Under the pieces are notes generated by a model that saw nothing but the letters and a program-made list of their open reading frames with translations, ran no database searches and was not told the DNA's origin. Below are positions 59,262 through 64,000 of a stretch of DNA of 64,000 bases, one piece after another; position 1 is the stretch's first letter, and every line of letters starts with the position of its first letter. Source of the stretch: Eledone cirrhosa (lineage: Eukaryota); contig OZ024742.1 of the NCBI GenBank assembly GCA_964016885.1, positions 131,068,001 to 131,132,000 of the forward strand, given 5' to 3'. A program made the position numbers and the translations under genes.

Positions 59262-59973
59262 GCGGCTGACCCTGTACCCATCTTTCTTTACCATTTTTTT
59301 GGCTTCTTCTAATTCCTCCTGAGTTACCTGAAATTCTTCGCACTGTTTTGCTACTCTGGCAAAATTGAAGGTGGTTTTCTTAATGTCATTCTTGCTGTTG
59401 TTGTTATCGTCATTTTTGTTATTATTAATTTTACTTTTAGTTGTGGTGGTGGTGGTGGCGTCAGTGGTGTTCGGTGTGGAAGAGTTCATTTTGGTTGAAT
59501 TCATTTCGATATCACGAGTTAATTTATTTTTTTATTTTGTTTCTGTTGTCGCTGCGGTGGTGGTGGTGGGGTGGCGGCTTTAACACCTGCAGTCATTGGT
59601 AATGGCGGGAAATGAATGTCTGGCTGAAACAAATTTAAAATATTGCTACTGCTTATATTTTTAGTGTGGCAAACGTAGTAATATTTACGATGGTGGTGTC
59701 GGTGTGAGGTGTTAGTTTGTGAGGAAGCCTCTCAGTTGCTTGGTGCAGAGGTGAGTTAGCCATGATTTTTTCAAAGACATTTTTTGATAATCATAAAAGT
59801 TTAAATTTTGAGCGCAAGGCCCCAATCTTTTTGGGTGTCTTTTTCAGATAACAATATATGTGCACTTATATACAGTTAACAATAAAAAATTTCCATAAAT
59901 GGCAATTTTAAACAACTGAAAATAACAAATCTTTGCGGAACTCACGATGATACGATTTACTACGTACGTCGCC
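54241..59973 (-). mobile_element. Full-length (~5.7 kb) Tx1/L1-like LINE (family B), frameshifted
   Basis: ORF1 pieces (58557-59504 etc., with CVVCGEGTHLRAFC knuckle). ORF2 57774-54489 with APE, RT (SVRQGCPLS, AYADD) and CPRC...H...C. 3' UTR ends aataaataaagc. (TAA)n on both flanks. Confidence 0.95.
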
Positions 59974-60020
<47 letters not shown>

Positions 60021-60023
<3 letters not shown>

Positions 60024-60935
60024 GAGGAGTGATGTCGATAGACTCTACTTAAAGAGATCTGAAGGTGGAAGAGGTCTTATCAGCATAGAGGACTGTGTTC
60101 AGATGGAGAAAAACAACCTGCACAAATATGTGACTAGCACTTGGGAGCCAATGCTCAAAATTGTACTGAAGGAGAAGACAATAGACCAGGGAATGTCCAA
60201 GGAGGAAATAACAAGGAGGAAGATCAACCTTTATGAAAAATCTCTTCATAGCACGTTCTTTAAGAAAACGGAATTTAGAGATCCACAGACATGGAACTGG
60301 TTAAATAGAGGAGACCTTTAAAACGCTACAGAAGGAATGCTAATGGCTGCATAAGAGCAAATTCTCAGAACGAAGTATTGACAAGGAGGAGGCTAGCTCA
60401 CTGTGTAGGATCTGTGGAGAGAGAGAGGAGGCTGTGGCTCACATTGTATCCAAGTGTAAATACCTAGCCCAGACTCACTATAAAGGCTGGAGACATGATG
60501 TGATGGGCAGGGTGATCTACTGGCATCTATGCAAAGTAAACAATTTACTACATTTTGAGAAGTGGTATGAGCATAAGCCAGAGTCGGTGATAGAAAATGA
60601 TCAGGTGAAGGTGCTATGGGATTTTGGGATACAGACGGACAAGAAATTAGAACACAATATGCCTGACCTGGTGGTTTTGGACAAGGAAAAAAGATCGTAC
60701 CTGATTGTAGATCTAGCCTGCCCATTTGACACGAGAGTGCAAGAAAAGGAGAGGGAGAAAATTAACCGATACCGGGACTTAAAGTGGGGGTTAAAAAGGA
60801 TTTGGAACTGCCATGAAATATTGGCGCACTAGGTTCTATCTCAAAGTGTTTCCAAGGATGGTTAAAGAGTGGAACACTAGTGGCTTGATATTCATTTCAA
60901 CAAACTTTCCACTTAAATAACATCAATGGCTGAGA
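60021..60935 (+). mobile_element. R4/Dong-like LINE (family A), 5'-truncated with small deletions
   Basis: DVDRLYLKRSEGGRGL, WRHD, PDLVVLD, IVDLACP; preceded by (TAA)n. Confidence 0.9.
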
Positions 60936-60936
60936 T

Positions 60937-61147
60937 GTTTTCTTATAGAGGCATAATGCCAGCAATTTTGGGGGAGGGGAAAGTCGATTAAATTGACCCC
61001 AGTGCATTACTGGTGCTTTATTTTATCGAACCCGATGAAAGGCAAAGCTAACCTTGGCGGGATTTGAACTCAGTTCATAAAGGGCCGTAACTCTATGCTG
61101 CAAAGGATGGCGTCCGCCCCTCTACTGATACTGCCAATCTACCGCCC
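60937..61147 (-). mobile_element. tRNA-derived SINE
   Basis: Match to the dominant SINE. Confidence 0.8.
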
Positions 61148-61220
61148 TATGAACAGTAAATAATAAAATGTCATACGGGGGGGGGGGCATGACTGGTTAT
61201 GATATGATATGGAACAATCA

Positions 61221-61274
<54 letters not shown>

Positions 61275-61286
61275 ATATCTATCTAT

Positions 61287-61336
61287 CTTTGTATTGTCCC
61301 CTTTTCTTGTTGCGCCCTTGTGGCTAATAAAGAAAT
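61287..61336 (+). mobile_element. Tail-only Tx1-like insertion in (TCTA)n
   Basis: ctttgtattgtcccc...cccttgtggctaataaagaaa matches 62626-62673. Confidence 0.8.
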
Positions 61337-61356
61337 CTATCTATCTATCTATCTAT

Positions 61357-62673
61357 CCTTGAAAGGTCGAGCGGAGGTGGCGAACACTTTTATTGCGCCC
61401 GCCATCTACTACTGCTTGACCGTCATGCCTTGTCCAGCCAAAACGCTCGCCAAAATGAAGCGCGCGCTCTTCCAATTCCTTTGGAAGAGGCGGGCTCCTT
61501 TGGTGAGAAGATCCATCTGCTGCCAACACCCTTCTAACGGAGGGCTGGGAATGCCGTGGTTGACGATGCGCAAACACGCGCTCAGGATGCGGCATCTCTA
61601 CGTATTCCTCACCGGACAACCGGTGTGGGCCCCGTTCGTGAGGCGAGCCTTCCCACGACTCGTCTCGCTGACCGAGCTGCAGTCCTGGGTCAAGCAAAGA
61701 CCGAGGAAAATGGGCGACTGGCACATCGAATGTGCTCAGGCGCTCCCAGCCCTCTGGCAAGCGGACCCGGCGATCAGTGGAGACTCCACTTCGTCATTCT
61801 ATAGAGGGTTGATCCGCAGCAGGTGCGACGACGCGCTCGGTGAAACTCTAGGCGTAGAGGAAGATGAACTGGCCAGTCTGTTCGGTAGGACCTTCCGCCC
61901 AGGACCGATGGACAACTTCCAAAAGTCCCAGGCCTGGCAGTGCTACCGAGGAGCTCTACCAGTTCGAGACAAGCTCTACAGACATGGGCGCCCGGGCAGG
62001 GACCCTGCAAAAAAGATCTGTCCGAGGTATGTGCGTAACGAAGGAACCGTCGCACACGCATTCATACACTGCCCGGGCGTCACTGACCTGTGGGGCTATG
62101 CAGAACGACTATTGTCGCGGGTGAGACCAATCCGGTTGACCACCGAGTCCATTGTCATGATCAAACCGCCACCCTCCTTCAAAAACGAAGGAGAGGCGGT
62201 TTTCCTTTGTGTGATAGCTATGGCGAAAGAGGTTGTATGGTGGACAAGGTTGAAAGGGCTTAGGTCAGACACCTTTCTCTCCGGCCAACAACTGATTCTT
62301 TTTTTCAAATACCACTTTGGAAGAAGAGTCAGGATGGAGAGAGAGGTGCTGTACCCCAGCAAGTTTTATGAAAGGTGGGTGAAAGTGGCGAGAATGTCCC
62401 GAGTGAATGGGCCTTCTCTCTATATCAGCCTGTAGGTTGAGGAAAAGGAGGAGGAGAGGAAAGGAGTACAAACTCTTCGTACTCCTGGAGATGAGGATTG
62501 CACATTGTTTCGGGGGTATGTGTTATCCATACAAACTGTCTCCCCCTATTGGGGAAAATCGACTAACTTTTTAAATTGTATTTGTGATAACATTTTACAC
62601 GTTTTTATTGTATGTAAACTTCCCCCTTTGTATTTGTCCCCTTCTTTTGTGCCCCTGTGGCTAATAAAGAAAC
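61357..62673 (+). mobile_element. Tx1/L1-like LINE (family E), 5'-truncated, flanked by (TCTA)n
   Basis: Uninterrupted ORF2 C-terminus to 62435 (SLKGRAEVAN...GGLGMPWL...AKEVVWWTR), homologous to families B and D. The ORF's N-terminus is microsatellite. Confidence 0.92.
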
Positions 62674-63348
62674 ATATCTATCTATCTATAGCTATCTATC
62701 CATTTCTTTCCTCTCTCAATATATCTCTATATCTATATATATATATATTTATGTGTGTGTGTATGTATGTGTATGTATGTGTATTTGTGTATATGTGTGT
62801 GTGTGTGTGTATATAATGATTATCTATACTATGCTCAGCTCATCGTATAGAAATTCTAAGGTAAAAATTAACATAAGTATAGTTAAAATTTGCTACCTTA
62901 CTCCCCGCGATATGAAAATTTAATTATAGTTGAAGAACATTCTTTTATTCACTAAGTACCGAGAAAAAACGTTATCATATTGGTAATACGTGGGCAGACC
63001 TCATCAGGCCACAGTTGCCCTCAATATCTTATTTCTATCGAAAATTATAATCATATACTTTGCAATGCACTAAATACATGTATCGAGTTAACAGTTTTCT
63101 TGTTGATGTTCCTGTATCTGTATTTTACCTGGGTATTTGTTGTTACTGTTGTCTGGACCATACCTACACATTCTGTACAAAGCCCCTTTCAAACCCGAAT
63201 CAACAGTTAGAGCGTTGAGAGAACGTGTTTATTTTGTTTATCATTGAGTATTGATCGAGCCATTTGAGATACATCGGCTCCTGTTGTTTTCAGTAGAGTC
63301 TTATTACCCCCCTCCCACACACACACATATATATATATAGATATATAT

Positions 63349-63633
63349 CCAAATATTTGAGGTCTGTGGGTAATCCGCTGGCTGGATAGGTTGGTAAATA
63401 GAGCAGTTACAATTTCGACGTGTCGGGCTTAAGCCCTCCTTCAGCAGTACAAATAAAGACAAGATCACAAAGGAGAAACAGAAAAAAAGGTCCAGTAAAG
63501 ACGTTTCTCCTCTGTGATCCTCTTTCTATTTGTACCCCTGAAGACGGGCTTAAACCCGACACGTCGAACTTTCTTTTCTCTTTCCAATATAAAGCACGAA
63601 ACTAATACGACTTTTTGTATCTCTGTTTGTATC

Positions 63634-63638
<5 letters not shown>
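63349..63638. mobile_element. (TA)n-flanked fold-back element with variant hammerhead-like cores
   Basis: Inverted arms ~63411-63480 and ~63502-63570; CTGAAGA-c-ggg cttaaa ccc-GACA-cgtc. Confidence 0.55.
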
Positions 63639-63673
<35 letters not shown>

Positions 63674-63675
<2 letters not shown>

Positions 63676-63860
63676 CGAAGGAAGTGTGGTAAGGAACCAG
63701 ATGGACCAGAGTACTCAATACTTAGGGTAGTAGAGTGGGTAATGGGAAAATGTTCAAGACCTCGACGGCAGAGCTCAAGCCGTTTCGACGGCTATTTCTG
63801 GACTAAATTAGAATTTTTAGCGTGGTAATAAATATCCGAACTTTTCAAGGGGTAATTCCT
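63674..63860 (-). mobile_element. PLE pLTR-like copy of the 1942-2144 family
   Basis: 63674-63805 is the reverse complement of ~2010-2144 and abuts (TA)n. Confidence 0.65.
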
Positions 63861-64000
63861 TATATGGGAAGATTGAGGTTGTCAAAAGAATTGGTCAACA
63901 TTTCTTGTAAACACAATTAAATCTTTCATGGTGGTGGGTGGGAGGTAGTGGTGGCTGAACTTGCCTGTAGAACAATGAGGGATTGGGTGGAGCTGGTCAA

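Overview
Eukaryotic, AT-rich, extremely microsatellite-rich DNA with no recognisable host protein-coding exon. The repeat style (tRNA-derived SINEs plus large (TA)n, (CA)n, (TAA)n and (TACA)n tracts) suggests a coleoid cephalopod, probably an octopus; this is an inference. The window is mostly a retroelement graveyard organised by microsatellite type. (1) Penelope-like elements (PLEs) and their non-coding pLTR/fold-back derivatives sit in (TA)n tracts, and many carry readable type I hammerhead ribozyme cores (CUGANGA...GAAA..NUH). These include a 466-nt tandem retrozyme-like unit and palindromic double-hammerhead hairpins. (2) A ~25-kb stack (37.6-62.7 kb) holds R4/Dong-like RLE-type LINEs and Tx1/L1-like APE-type LINEs inserted in opposite orientations into (TAA)n/(TTA)n tracts. 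A further Tx1-like family sits in (TCTA)n. (3) There are many SINE copies, CR1/RTE/CRE-like fragments, a non-autonomous Helitron, a 40-bp minisatellite and a 5-kb compound trinucleotide block. Nearly all long ORFs outside the LINE/PLE remnants are artefacts of simple repeats. Coordinates were counted by eye and may be off by a few bases. Ribozyme activity is predicted, not shown.
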